In this document: positions 48,978 through 58,667 of the stretch, one piece after another
Position numbering within the stretch: position 1 is the first letter of the stretch
Layout of the letters: every line of letters begins with the position of its first letter
From: a virus
DNA length: 64,000 nt
Strand: one strand, 5' to 3'
IMG/VR virus record: IMGVR_UViG_3300029787_005266
Coordinates: 27,043 to 91,042 of that record
Program-made: the position numbers and the translations under genes
The notes under the pieces: model-generated
What the model saw: the letters and a program-made list of their open reading frames with translations, nothing else
Told to the model about the DNA's origin: nothing
Database searches by the model: none

Positions 48978-50026
48978 GTTTTTAGTATACTTTCGTTGAT
49001 TGTTTTGTACAAGTTATTTCCATGGAAAAAATTATTCTTAAGAGATTGTTTTTGATGTTGCATCTTTATTCTATATGAATCATAATTGTCCATGTAATCA
49101 CAGATTGTATTTAGAATTTTATCTTTGTGTACCAAATAATCTTTCATACTGCTGGTCCATTCTGAAGGATATTTGAAATCATCGAACATTTCAGTATAAC
49201 TTAATCTATCAGGAACCATTGGAATAACATCTAGCAGTAAACCTTCAAATCCAGATATTCCAAGTGTTTCTTGCAAGTTTGCAGAAAATAATAATTTAGA
49301 TTCGGCCAACAAGTTGTGATAATCATCTTTTGATCTTGGTTCTTCTTGTGCAATCACAAATTCATATTGTGGCAATGCATCTTTTAAATCATAAAAAATG
49401 TCTGGTTGTTTTTCAGGAGCAATTCTGTGTGGAAACAGTATGATATCTTTTTTAGGCATATCTTTAAATGCTTCTAATTCTTGATCCATGTATTCCATCG
49501 GCCAACCAGTTCTTGTGATCTTGTCTTTATCCAAGTTTAATGTATCGGCAAACATATCGATATGAAAGTCTGTAGCAAAAAAATTGTCATCATAACAATC
49601 ATACATCGAACGTTCAGCATTTCTCACCCATGGTTTGTCACCTATTAGTCTACCCAGAAAGTCTGCTGGGTCATATGAACCTGCATGCCACATACCGCCT
49701 ATCTTAATTTTTATATTCAACAGTTCTGCCATGTATCGCAGTTGAATCACCGTAGGATTCCATGCATCGGTGTACAAAAAATAATCTCCATTTTTCACTT
49801 CTCCGTCACAAAACATTTGACCAATTTTTTCTAATTGTTTGGATTTGTATACATTGGTGCCTCCAAAATTTAAGAATGCTCCTGGAGTAGTTGCTTGTGG
49901 AGTATCGCCACCTGATATAGTCATCACAGATTGATTCGTGTGTCTACCTAATTGCTTGGGCAAATATTTTTTCCACTGTGCTGTGTATCTTGTTTCAACT
50001 GCTTCTATGTCTACTATAAAAATCAT
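48974..50026 (-). CDS. GT-B glycosyltransferase (phage DNA glucosyltransferase/GT4-like)
   Basis: FPHRIAPEKQP, SANLQETLGIS..EG, P.VPDRLSY.EM. Confidence 0.65.
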   Translation of the reverse strand: MIFIVDIEAVETRYTAQWKKYLPKQLGRHTNQSVMTISGGDTPQATTPGAFLNFGGTNVYKSKQLEKIGQMFCDGEVKNGDYFLYTDAWNPTVIQLRYMAELLNIKIKIGGMWHAGSYDPADFLGRLIGDKPWVRNAERSMYDCYDDNFFATDFHIDMFADTLNLDKDKITRTGWPMEYMDQELEAFKDMPKKDIILFPHRIAPEKQPDIFYDLKDALPQYEFVIAQEEPRSKDDYHNLLAESKLLFSANLQETLGISGFEGLLLDVIPMVPDRLSYTEMFDDFKYPSEWTSSMKDYLVHKDKILNTICDYMDNYDSYRIKMQHQKQSLKNNFFHGNNLYKTINESILKT

Positions 50027-51075
50027 TTTACTGTATATTGTTCATAAACTCTATTTTGTACATTATGTGTCTTTACAAAGGTAGCACATTTTGGCATATC
50101 TTTCAACCTTCTTGCTCCAATATATGTTGCAGACGATCGTACACCGCCAAGTATATCTTCAACTGTTTCTTTGACTGATCCTCTGTATGGTAACGTAATC
50201 AATCTTCCTTCATTACCACGATAACCATCTTTTCTTTTTCCATGCACTTCTCTTGCTCTGTCCGAACTCATGCCATAAAATTCAACTTGTCCATCAACTA
50301 TTTTTTGTTCTGATTCATCATGGCCTGCCAGCATACCGCCTATCATAACCATGTGAGCACCGCCACCTAATGCTTTTGCAATATCTCCTGGAAACACACA
50401 TCCACCATCTGCCATTATGTGTCCATCAACACCATTGGCCGCATCTGAACATTCACATATTGCTGAAAACTGTGGCACACCCACACCAGTCATTGTTCTG
50501 GTTGTGCATACTGAACCAGGACCAATTCCTATTTTTACAATATCAGCACCATTCAAGATAAGTTCTTCAGTCATTTCCGGTGACACAACATTGCCAGCAA
50601 TTATAATTTTATCTGGGTATTCTTCACGGATACGTTTTACAAAGTCAATAAATTTTTGGTGATAGGCATTTGCAACATCAATTGTAATAAATTTAACATC
50701 TGGAAAACTGGCCAACACCTCAGTCATAGTTTTGTAATCAGGTGCATCTGGATCCCACATAACATTTGTACCGGTACATACCGAAACAGATTGCAATCTA
50801 AGTCCAGTACCTGCCGCTTGTTTCCATTGATCAACTGTGGTAGACTTTGTGATCACAGTCATCATTTTGTATTCTTGTAAGACCTTTGCCATTGAAAAAG
50901 TGCCAACACCATCCATATTTGATGCAAATATAGGACAAAATTCTAACTGTTTGCCAGAGTTTATAAAATTAAATGTTCTAGTCATTTTTACATCTGCACG
51001 TGATGTCAGTGTTGATCTTTTAGGTTGCAATAACACATCATCAAAATTTAACTTTACTTCTGATTTAATTCTCAT
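50023..51075 (-). CDS. guaC: GMP reductase
   Basis: DVLLQPKRSTL.SR, NMDGVGTF, IDVAN, KIGIGPGSVCTTR, FYGMSS, GGVRS..TY.GA..L. Confidence 0.9.
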   Translation of the reverse strand: MRIKSEVKLNFDDVLLQPKRSTLTSRADVKMTRTFNFINSGKQLEFCPIFASNMDGVGTFSMAKVLQEYKMMTVITKSTTVDQWKQAAGTGLRLQSVSVCTGTNVMWDPDAPDYKTMTEVLASFPDVKFITIDVANAYHQKFIDFVKRIREEYPDKIIIAGNVVSPEMTEELILNGADIVKIGIGPGSVCTTRTMTGVGVPQFSAICECSDAANGVDGHIMADGGCVFPGDIAKALGGGAHMVMIGGMLAGHDESEQKIVDGQVEFYGMSSDRAREVHGKRKDGYRGNEGRLITLPYRGSVKETVEDILGGVRSSATYIGARRLKDMPKCATFVKTHNVQNRVYEQYTVK

Positions 51076-51374
51076 ACATATAAACTTTCTGTTTGATCAA
51101 TGCATTTAAATCTTAAATTCAAATAACTTTGTATTTCTGTTTTGTCGCATGAAAACACAACACAATCAAGTCCTGCATCTTCAAAATAAAAGTCTTTGCC
51201 ATAGGTCCAACCTTTAAGTCCTAAGTCATTGCTCACTATACACCCAACATCAAAGTCTTTGTATCCACTGTTTAATGCACCACCTTCGACAGCATAATAA
51301 GAATTTCTGTCACTAGTATCTGTACTTGATACTATCACCTTTGTCTTGTATCGATATGGCCCAGGATTACTCAA
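51072..51374 (-). CDS. Hypothetical protein
   Basis: ATGA-coupled ORF in operon. Confidence 0.5.
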   Translation of the reverse strand: MSNPGPYRYKTKVIVSSTDTSDRNSYYAVEGGALNSGYKDFDVGCIVSNDLGLKGWTYGKDFYFEDAGLDCVVFSCDKTEIQSYLNLRFKCIDQTESLYV

Positions 51375-51754
51375 TTTACAGTCTCCGCAAATGGAAACTC
51401 CATATCAGCACCATTTTCTCCATCTTCACTTACAGAAATTTTAATATATCTGCCTGGATATCTTGCTTTGATTTGTTCTGCTAAATCTTCGCCCATCATT
51501 TCACAACTTTTATAATCAAGTTCTATTATGCCATCGCCATATAAATTTTCAAGCCATCTTTTGAACTGTATAAACTCTATGTCTCTGTCATCATGAAATA
51601 CTTCGATCCATACTTTAAAATGAAATATGTGCCTGTGTGGATATCCCAAAAAGGACACGTCATATTCATCACCTGTTGCTAATTTAGGATCTGTAAGTGC
51701 CGCAGGATATTTGTGTATGCCTTCTTTACTGAATGTTACCCATATTGTGTTCAT
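51371..51754 (-). CDS. queD: QueD-like 6-carboxytetrahydropterin synthase (T-fold)
   Basis: EGIH, HRHIFHF, DIEF, SCE, VSEDGENG; clustered with folE/queE/dpdA. Confidence 0.65.
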   Translation of the reverse strand: MNTIWVTFSKEGIHKYPAALTDPKLATGDEYDVSFLGYPHRHIFHFKVWIEVFHDDRDIEFIQFKRWLENLYGDGIIELDYKSCEMMGEDLAEQIKARYPGRYIKISVSEDGENGADMEFPFAETVN

Positions 51755-52269
51755 AGTATTTCATCATCTCCATATTCATTCCAATCAGTAAAATGTTCCT
51801 CTTTTATCAGGTCACGTACCGACCAACACCATACTCCTGGATTTGTTGCTTTAAAGTCTTTGTCATCAATCTTAAAAATCACATTGCCTTTCATTTCCAT
51901 AATATTTTCTACAGGCACTGCATATACTATTGAAAATTTTGGATTGGATAAAAAATTTGTTATTTCTTTTAAGTCTGCGTTGCCAGGAACATCAAGTGTG
52001 ACATGATAATTCTGCAATAGTTTTTTTATTGTTGGCATTAACATTTCTTTATCAAGTGCATCAAAATATTTGAAACAATGATTGGCTCCAAGATAAATGT
52101 GTGTACAATTATTTTCTTCTGCATACTTTTCAATATCTTCATCTTCTTGATGTCTAACAACAAACAATGTCTTCATTCCTTGTGTAGGCGTTTTTTCTAC
52201 TTCTGTGCCTATAAAAAATTCAGCAGTGTCTGTTACACCTGTTGAGTAATCACGTTTCATCATTATCAA
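51751..52269 (-). CDS. Hypothetical protein in deazaguanine locus (start may be 52260/52263)
   Basis: F.G.EVE.TP..G.KTLFV, HIYLGANH, KIDD.DF.ATNPGVW. Confidence 0.6.
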   Translation of the reverse strand: MIMMKRDYSTGVTDTAEFFIGTEVEKTPTQGMKTLFVVRHQEDEDIEKYAEENNCTHIYLGANHCFKYFDALDKEMLMPTIKKLLQNYHVTLDVPGNADLKEITNFLSNPKFSIVYAVPVENIMEMKGNVIFKIDDKDFKATNPGVWCWSVRDLIKEEHFTDWNEYGDDEIL

Positions 52270-52498
52270 ACTTTTCGTCTATCCATTTGTTTAAACTTTC
52301 ATCAGAAGTGTCTGAGCCTCTCATTTCTTCAAGTTCATCTAAAAGTTGTTTCATTTGTAATTTTTTCTTTTTAGCATCTAGTAATATTTCTTTGTGATCC
52401 CATGATCTGTTAAGTTCTCTCTGTGCTTCAAGTTGTTTGACAGTTTTCTTTAATTTTTTCAATTCTTGTTTGAAATTTAAAATTTTTGCTGATGCCAT
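52250..52498 (-). CDS. Small coiled-coil hypothetical protein
   Basis: Start moved to ATG 52498 (TAATG coupling). Confidence 0.5.
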   Translation of the reverse strand: MASAKILNFKQELKKLKKTVKQLEAQRELNRSWDHKEILLDAKKKKLQMKQLLDELEEMRGSDTSDESLNKWIDEKFDNDET

Positions 52499-52731
52499 TA
52501 TAATCCTTTCACTTTTTTCCATGCTGAATGTAAAACATAAAACCATAATCCATTAATAGAAGGTTCAACTAATGCAACAACACCCGCCTCCCATATACTT
52601 GCTCCAGTCATTGCACTGACAACTATCATTGCTATACAAATATGGCCTGTAGTGTAGATTAATGCTAGAGCCAACGAACTTTTTATTAATTCTTTAAATG
52701 CTCCTTGAATTCCTTGTGTAAATTCTGTCAT
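52498..52731 (-). CDS. Small membrane protein (DUF2061-like)
   Basis: IYT.GH..IAM....TGA.....VALVEP..N..WFY.LH..W. Confidence 0.6.
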   Translation of the reverse strand: MTEFTQGIQGAFKELIKSSLALALIYTTGHICIAMIVVSAMTGASIWEAGVVALVEPSINGLWFYVLHSAWKKVKGL

Positions 52732-54191
52732 TATACATCCTCGAATAAATTGTTAAATTGTGTTGTTGCGTTCACAGTTTTTTTGCCTGTTGCTCCTCTT
52801 GTTCCTATGATACTCATCCAATACTTTGAATACTCTTCTATTATAGCATCTGCTATACTTCTGTCATCCGTTGCAAAAATGGCTTCTACAATATCACGGA
52901 ACATTATTCGATCAAATGATTCATTGACCAACATGTCTGGTATAATGCCTTGATCGTACTGTCTGTTTGCTTCTTGTACTGCGTTGATATGCATCCAAAC
53001 ATTATGGCCCATCATGACTGCATATGAAAAAGAATCCCAAGATGTTTTGCCTTCTTTACCAATCTTGTTCAAGTCTCCTGGTCCATATATGCATATATCC
53101 TTTGCTTGTAACCCATCTGTAATAGGTGAATCTAAGAAACTTGAATGCTTGCCTTCTCTTATAAATGCCTGTGAAAATGGTGTTGTATCTGTGGATAACT
53201 TTTTGTCATCTATACTGGGAACCATTCTATACACCCATTTGGTTCTGTCTTCTGTTTCTAGTTCACAATAAATTTGTCCGTTTGCAGTGGCAAGGAAAGG
53301 AGATGCACAATCAAATGTTACCATAAAGTTTTCATTATGGTATTTGCGTACTGCTCTTTGTATGTCTGTTAGTAGTGTTGCCCATTCTAATTTTGACGTA
53401 CCAAGAAAATGCATAACATCATGTACACCCTTTTCCAGTAATCCATCAAAACGTAATGCAACCAATCTTTTCAACACTAGATGCACATCACACATATTTT
53501 GCCCACCCATTGACCAACCATTTAAATGATTGCCTGGATGTTGCTTAGGATCAGAATAATGTTTCATATGTTCATACCAAGCATCAGCATCAGCATGATT
53601 TTCACCTTGTAAAACATTCAGAAACTTACAAGCACCTGTTCTGTGCTTCATGAAGTACTCATTGTTTATATCTGTGGCCTTAAGTGCTTCTTCATAACTA
53701 CCTACACCTGATGCCTTTGCTCCTTCCGGAGAACGTGCTACCCAGGCAGGGATATCTAAGATCATTCCATAATCCATCATCTCGTCCATCCAGTTAAGCA
53801 CAAGTTCACGTTTCTTCTGTGCTTTAGGACATGAAGGATCTTTCCAATCACCTTCCCATTTACCTTTACCTATCTGGAATCCACCTGAGTCGCCTAACAC
53901 CCATGATGTTGATCTGTCACGTTTACGGAACATATCTTCTTTGGGAGAATCTTTTGAAAGATCCAAATCAGCATGACCTGCCGAATACAAACACCACTTG
54001 TATTGGAATTGGCCTTCATTGGGATTCAGATAATTCAAACTTTCAATACCGTGTTTGAAGTTTTTGGGGATACGTGAAGGATCGACGTAATCGGTATGCA
54101 TCTGTTTCCCAATGAAAGTAGCGTAAAACCCACTGGTAGCAGGGAGGAAATGAGCGAAATCCTTTTGCTCTTCAGTTAGGTTAATTCTCAT
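52731..54191 (-). CDS. dpdA: DpdA-like DNA 7-deazaguanine transglycosylase (TGT fold)
   Basis: GDSGGFQ, MILDIP, NVLQG, GWSMGG, HFLG, TFDCASP, HN; start at ATG 54191; clustered with folE/queD/queE. Confidence 0.8.
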   Translation of the reverse strand: MRINLTEEQKDFAHFLPATSGFYATFIGKQMHTDYVDPSRIPKNFKHGIESLNYLNPNEGQFQYKWCLYSAGHADLDLSKDSPKEDMFRKRDRSTSWVLGDSGGFQIGKGKWEGDWKDPSCPKAQKKRELVLNWMDEMMDYGMILDIPAWVARSPEGAKASGVGSYEEALKATDINNEYFMKHRTGACKFLNVLQGENHADADAWYEHMKHYSDPKQHPGNHLNGWSMGGQNMCDVHLVLKRLVALRFDGLLEKGVHDVMHFLGTSKLEWATLLTDIQRAVRKYHNENFMVTFDCASPFLATANGQIYCELETEDRTKWVYRMVPSIDDKKLSTDTTPFSQAFIREGKHSSFLDSPITDGLQAKDICIYGPGDLNKIGKEGKTSWDSFSYAVMMGHNVWMHINAVQEANRQYDQGIIPDMLVNESFDRIMFRDIVEAIFATDDRSIADAIIEEYSKYWMSIIGTRGATGKKTVNATTQFNNLFEDV

Positions 54192-54192
54192 A

Positions 54193-54930
54193 TTACTTGC
54201 TTTGTGCAGGAAGTATGTATTGATATTTGCCAACGCCTGAATCAAGCACAATCTGTAATGCACCATCATCTGAAAAACTCATTTCGCAATCAGCAGTTTC
54301 TATCAATTTTAAAATTTGTGTAACTTGTGCAACAGGCCATGCCCATGATTTGGTTAACTCACCAGTCACGCCAGTTTCAAATACAAACTCACCAGCATGT
54401 GATGAAGCATCACCAAACTTAAATTTTAAGTTTCCATCTTCAGTTAGCACAGTAAACACATTCTCTTCTGAGTTTGCTTGTGCTTGAAAGTTTAATCTTT
54501 GTACTGCTGGCATAGTTGGCTTCATGGTTACATGCCAGTTTACTCCTCTAAACTTCACAGACTTTAATTTTTCATTAACAATCTCTGAATTCATAAATCT
54601 ATAATCATTTTTGAAATCTTTGTTTGCATTTTCAAAATGTAAACCTGTTGGCACTGTTTCGCCATTACGATCTTGTGTGTTCACAGTAATTTCTGCTTTG
54701 TCTTTGTATTCAGGACATTTTAATATAATGTCTAACTTGCCTAAGTTAGGCATTCCAAATGTGCCTTTCATTTCTGCAACAGGTTTGTTAAATTCTGCTT
54801 TCACAACAACTGATCTGTCTTCAGCCATTGCATCCATTTCTGTTTTTGCATCATCACCTACAATCTTGACAAGGTCAATAAACCCTAATGAATGTGTGTG
54901 CTTAACAATGTCTTGTAATATATCCTTCAT
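54193..54930 (-). CDS. Probable DNA polymerase sliding clamp (gp45-like)
   Basis: ~245 aa two-domain beta/alpha pattern, FG...L..L, C-terminal YQYILPA; strong SD; next to DNA polymerase. Confidence 0.55.
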   Translation of the reverse strand: MKDILQDIVKHTHSLGFIDLVKIVGDDAKTEMDAMAEDRSVVVKAEFNKPVAEMKGTFGMPNLGKLDIILKCPEYKDKAEITVNTQDRNGETVPTGLHFENANKDFKNDYRFMNSEIVNEKLKSVKFRGVNWHVTMKPTMPAVQRLNFQAQANSEENVFTVLTEDGNLKFKFGDASSHAGEFVFETGVTGELTKSWAWPVAQVTQILKLIETADCEMSFSDDGALQIVLDSGVGKYQYILPAQSK

Positions 54931-54953
54931 ATGTGTATCTCCTATATAAAACT

Positions 54954-54982
54954 ATTATAAGAGTAATTAGATCAAAAGTCAA
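54954..54982 (-). promoter_or_regulatory. Sigma70-type promoter TTGACT-17-TATAAT heading the clamp-dpdA-queD-guaC-GT-folE-PRT run
   Basis: AGTCAA at 54977-54982, ATTATA at 54954-54959. Confidence 0.75.
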
Positions 54983-54985
54983 ATA

Positions 54986-55813
54986 TTATTCACCAATCTT
55001 TTCCATTTTGGTTGGGCCTTTTTTGATGCTCTCTAGTGATCCAGGTTTTTGCATGGATAAAAATGAGTAATGGTCTTCTATGTGATAAAACTCACAATTC
55101 ATATCAAACTTTTTCGCCATCCTTTTTATTATAGTTTCTGTACAGTATGTGCGTTTTTTTGACACTACCGAGGTCCATTCTTGTTCTTGGTCGGCATCAC
55201 TGAAATGTATAAAAGCAGAACCACCTGGTTTTAACATCTGATTAAAAGATGATATCAAATTTCTCATCTGTTCTAAAGACAAATAAGGAAAATAATCAAG
55301 ACACACAATGTTTCCAATTTGTCCATATGGAACGTGCATGTCTGGAATGTCACCATGTATTTCTAATGGTTTATGTCTGTACTGTTGCGGGTTGGATTTT
55401 TCTCTTAGATTGTCACGCAGGTGCTGATCTATGTCATTCATTTTAAATTTATTCGAGAGCACATAAACCAAATGTGATTTTACACCTTGTTCTGTATAAA
55501 GCAGTGTAGTTGGACAAAGCCACGCCATTGGATATCGCCAATCACTTTGTCGCACTAACCATGTTTTAATAAATTGCTCTACGTTTTGATTGTGAGTGAT
55601 TTTTAGTGTTTCAAAAAACTTTTCATCGAATCCCATGGCAAGACTTTTACCCATATCATCATTAATCATTTGATATGCTTCGTCTGAACTTTGAATGTAA
55701 TTTTCAAGTGATTCAAGATCTTGATGCAACTCACTTTTGAACATGTCAAAGTTTTCATTACATGCTTCTTTAAGAATCTTTACTGCTTCCTTTATTTGAT
55801 ATCTTGATGCCAT
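54986..55813 (-). CDS. Class I SAM-methyltransferase-like protein (degenerate motif I)
   Basis: IVCLDYFPYL...MLKPGG.AFI.F; no clear GxGxG. Confidence 0.5.
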   Translation of the reverse strand: MASRYQIKEAVKILKEACNENFDMFKSELHQDLESLENYIQSSDEAYQMINDDMGKSLAMGFDEKFFETLKITHNQNVEQFIKTWLVRQSDWRYPMAWLCPTTLLYTEQGVKSHLVYVLSNKFKMNDIDQHLRDNLREKSNPQQYRHKPLEIHGDIPDMHVPYGQIGNIVCLDYFPYLSLEQMRNLISSFNQMLKPGGSAFIHFSDADQEQEWTSVVSKKRTYCTETIIKRMAKKFDMNCEFYHIEDHYSFLSMQKPGSLESIKKGPTKMEKIGE

Positions 55814-58446
55814 TACCCAAATAATTTATCAAATGTATTATCGGCTTCTGAATTTCCTAGGTCCCAATCCAGAACACCTATCAAATTATCTAATTTTTTG
55901 TTGATCAAAGTTGCCTCCATTTCATCATCTGCAAATGGCATTTCTTTAAACCATTCTGGAATACGCAATTCATCTGTTGGATATGCAATAGATGTATATC
56001 CCATAGGATTGTCCTTAAGTTTGCATACGATACATTTTTGTCCATCTATGATCTCCATGGAATATCTGTCATTGTAAACCTTTTTGAGTGTGTTCCAATT
56101 GATGGCCGCTCGTACATGACCAGGCATGTTTATTTTGCCTTTACGTTTTTCACGTGAATGATACTCAGTAAGTTTGTTAACACGTCTTGGCGATCCTTTT
56201 TCCCATCCTGGCATCTTTTTAAATTCTAATCTAAAGTCTGCAATGAACTCCATTATCTCTTGTTCTTCTTTTCCTGTAAGCACTTTGTCCAACACATCTG
56301 ACAGGAAGTTTTGTATGTAACTAGGAGTATCTGAACGTTTAAGATCTAGTCCCATTGCTTTTATTTTGTCTATTTTGTTTCCTTCAAGATCATATATCTT
56401 AATAGCATATCTTTTCTTTGTGATGAATAATCCTTTTGACCCAACAACTTCTCTACCTGCTTTTATTAATTTACCATATGTAGATGGACAGTTGAATGCA
56501 TCTTGCATATATTTTGTAAATGATTTGTTTACTTCTTCTGCAACAGAGTCATACAGTTGCGTTACCGATTCTTCTGACCAAGGGATATTGCCTGCATCTA
56601 TTTCTTCTTTCAAAGGAGCATAAGCACTGAAATACACAGAGTCTGTGTCACCATATATCACAGATGGCCCTACATAATCATATGTGCCACAAATGATTTC
56701 ATTAGTCTTTGCCGCCATGTGTTTTGTAATGCATCTGCCAGTCAATGTTGTAGATTGTCCAATTCTTATATCAAAGAATCTACAACCTGGATTTAGTAAT
56801 GCACCATATAGAGAATTCAAATTAATTTTTTTAACCAACTGTCGCTTATCCCAAAATTCTTGTTCTACTTTGTTGCCGGCATCAATTGCCTGTTGCAGTT
56901 TGCCTTGCATTTCTTTTCTTTCTGCATACCAACGTTCTAACAAGCCTGGGATTACTCCTGCAAATTCATGTGTAAAAATTGTGCCATTTGCACTCAAGAA
57001 CCAAGGTTTCCCTTGATCATAAATCAAATCATACACTTCTGCCGCACTCAGTATGTTTGACTCTCCATTCTCCCAATCAATTGTGATGCTTTGTGCTCTG
57101 TCTTTAAGCATCACGGCACTGTACTCTAGTGTGCCAAATTGGCCTTCCCATGCACCTGCAAAACTGACTTTTTGTGCCATCTTACCATCTATAAAGTCTT
57201 CAGTCAAATCTTGCCGCAGTTGTCCAACAATAGTTTCATTGCCCATGTTAAGTGATCTAATCACACTTGGATACAGTGAATTAATGTCAATGGATCCAAT
57301 CCAGTCATGCAATCCTTTTTTTGGATATGCCACATAGGCACCTGCCGCAGGGTCTGATCCTGGTTCACGCCTTACTCTGTCAGGAACAACCATGCCACGT
57401 CTATGTGCTTCATTAATAATGCCTTGCTCAGTCACTGCCACAGCACCCATTGTAGTTTGAATTAATACTGTGTTTTGGTGTGCTAGTTCGTTTGAGAGAT
57501 CAATAAATTTAAGTTTTGCATCAAGTCTGCCTAGCAGTGCTGTATCTTGTCTGTTATACTCAATAAATTTTACAAAGTCTTCATTGTATAATTGATCAAG
57601 TGTACCTTCATAAGGTGTCTTTTGCTCACCAAGTTCATGTTTAGATATAAAGTCTAATGCGTATGAATGTCTTTCTTCGTATGTGTATTTTCTATACAGT
57701 TGCATATAGTCTAAATGCACTCGGCCTATTATGTCATATGTGACCTCTTCGTTGCCAAAACGTTCAAATGTTCGTTTGCGTGGAAACGTATTCCACAAAC
57801 ACAAACGCCTTGTGTCGTCTTTGCTCAACACTTTGGCAATTCTATGCACAGTGTATGGAATATCAAATCCTTCTGAGTTCCAACCTGATATTACATCAGC
57901 ATCTTCTATGATTGTGATAAACTTGTCCAACATGTCTGCTTCATCTGGACACAACATTGTATTTTCAAATTGTTGTTCTACAATTTCTGGATTAGGAAAG
58001 TTTTTTGGTGGAACAGCAAGTGTAATCAATTGATCCATCCAGTCCAAATACACAGTGACAGAAATGATAGGAGACCATGCATCTGCTGGTTTGGCATATC
58101 CTTTAGCTGGATCAAAGTCTACCTCAATATCAAAAAAGGCACACTGTAATTTTGGAGTCTCTTTGCCCAGATAGTTTTCTTCCAAGCACCTAAAGATTGG
58201 ATTTACATCTGACTCATACATTTTTTTGTCTTTGTGAAAAGCACATTCACGTTTAAATTCTTTGCCCTGTTTGGTTGCTATTCTACTGACTGGATTACCA
58301 TATATGCTTTTGTATTTGCCTTTGGGATCATCATAGTATGCCACATAACGAGCAGGATATTCTGTGAAATATCTCTTGCCTTCTCTGCGTTCTACCACAG
58401 ATATCTTGTCTGCTTCTCTATCGAATAATGCGTCTACGTAACTCAT
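55813..58446 (-). CDS. gp43: Family B DNA polymerase with 3'-5' exonuclease
   Basis: FDIE, GWNSEGFDIPY, YNRQD, DINSLYPS, KINLNSLYG, YGDTDS, KKRY. Confidence 0.95.
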   Translation of the reverse strand: MSYVDALFDREADKISVVERREGKRYFTEYPARYVAYYDDPKGKYKSIYGNPVSRIATKQGKEFKRECAFHKDKKMYESDVNPIFRCLEENYLGKETPKLQCAFFDIEVDFDPAKGYAKPADAWSPIISVTVYLDWMDQLITLAVPPKNFPNPEIVEQQFENTMLCPDEADMLDKFITIIEDADVISGWNSEGFDIPYTVHRIAKVLSKDDTRRLCLWNTFPRKRTFERFGNEEVTYDIIGRVHLDYMQLYRKYTYEERHSYALDFISKHELGEQKTPYEGTLDQLYNEDFVKFIEYNRQDTALLGRLDAKLKFIDLSNELAHQNTVLIQTTMGAVAVTEQGIINEAHRRGMVVPDRVRREPGSDPAAGAYVAYPKKGLHDWIGSIDINSLYPSVIRSLNMGNETIVGQLRQDLTEDFIDGKMAQKVSFAGAWEGQFGTLEYSAVMLKDRAQSITIDWENGESNILSAAEVYDLIYDQGKPWFLSANGTIFTHEFAGVIPGLLERWYAERKEMQGKLQQAIDAGNKVEQEFWDKRQLVKKINLNSLYGALLNPGCRFFDIRIGQSTTLTGRCITKHMAAKTNEIICGTYDYVGPSVIYGDTDSVYFSAYAPLKEEIDAGNIPWSEESVTQLYDSVAEEVNKSFTKYMQDAFNCPSTYGKLIKAGREVVGSKGLFITKKRYAIKIYDLEGNKIDKIKAMGLDLKRSDTPSYIQNFLSDVLDKVLTGKEEQEIMEFIADFRLEFKKMPGWEKGSPRRVNKLTEYHSREKRKGKINMPGHVRAAINWNTLKKVYNDRYSMEIIDGQKCIVCKLKDNPMGYTSIAYPTDELRIPEWFKEMPFADDEMEATLINKKLDNLIGVLDWDLGNSEADNTFDKLFG

Positions 58447-58667
58447 GTAATATAGTTTAACACAATCCCGCCTGTGCCTACAAGGAATAATACAGCATTG
58501 GTTACAATCAAAGACGGTTCACGCCACATACAAGAAACAGCCAGCCATATGAGACCTCCTAGTGCTAGTATGATAGCTCCTAGGGGGTAGATGCCAAATG
58601 CATTAACGCCTGTACCCACAATTAAAATTGCGGTGGCTAGCCATTTCAGTAATGTGTCTAGTTTCAT
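58443..58667 (-). CDS. Small membrane protein
   Basis: Three hydrophobic segments. Confidence 0.6.
   Translation of the reverse strand: MKLDTLLKWLATAILIVGTGVNAFGIYPLGAIILALGGLIWLAVSCMWREPSLIVTNAVLFLVGTGGIVLNYIT

Noticed and set aside
52731-54191. Ordinary tRNA-guanine transglycosylase (tgt)
   Set aside because: It lacks the CxCxxC zinc motif of bacterial Tgt and sits with replication and CDG-synthesis genes, so DpdA-like is more plausible, though not proven.
55813-58446. Intein, intron or split in the DNA polymerase
   Set aside because: The ORF is continuous at a normal 877 aa, with all motifs at expected spacing.
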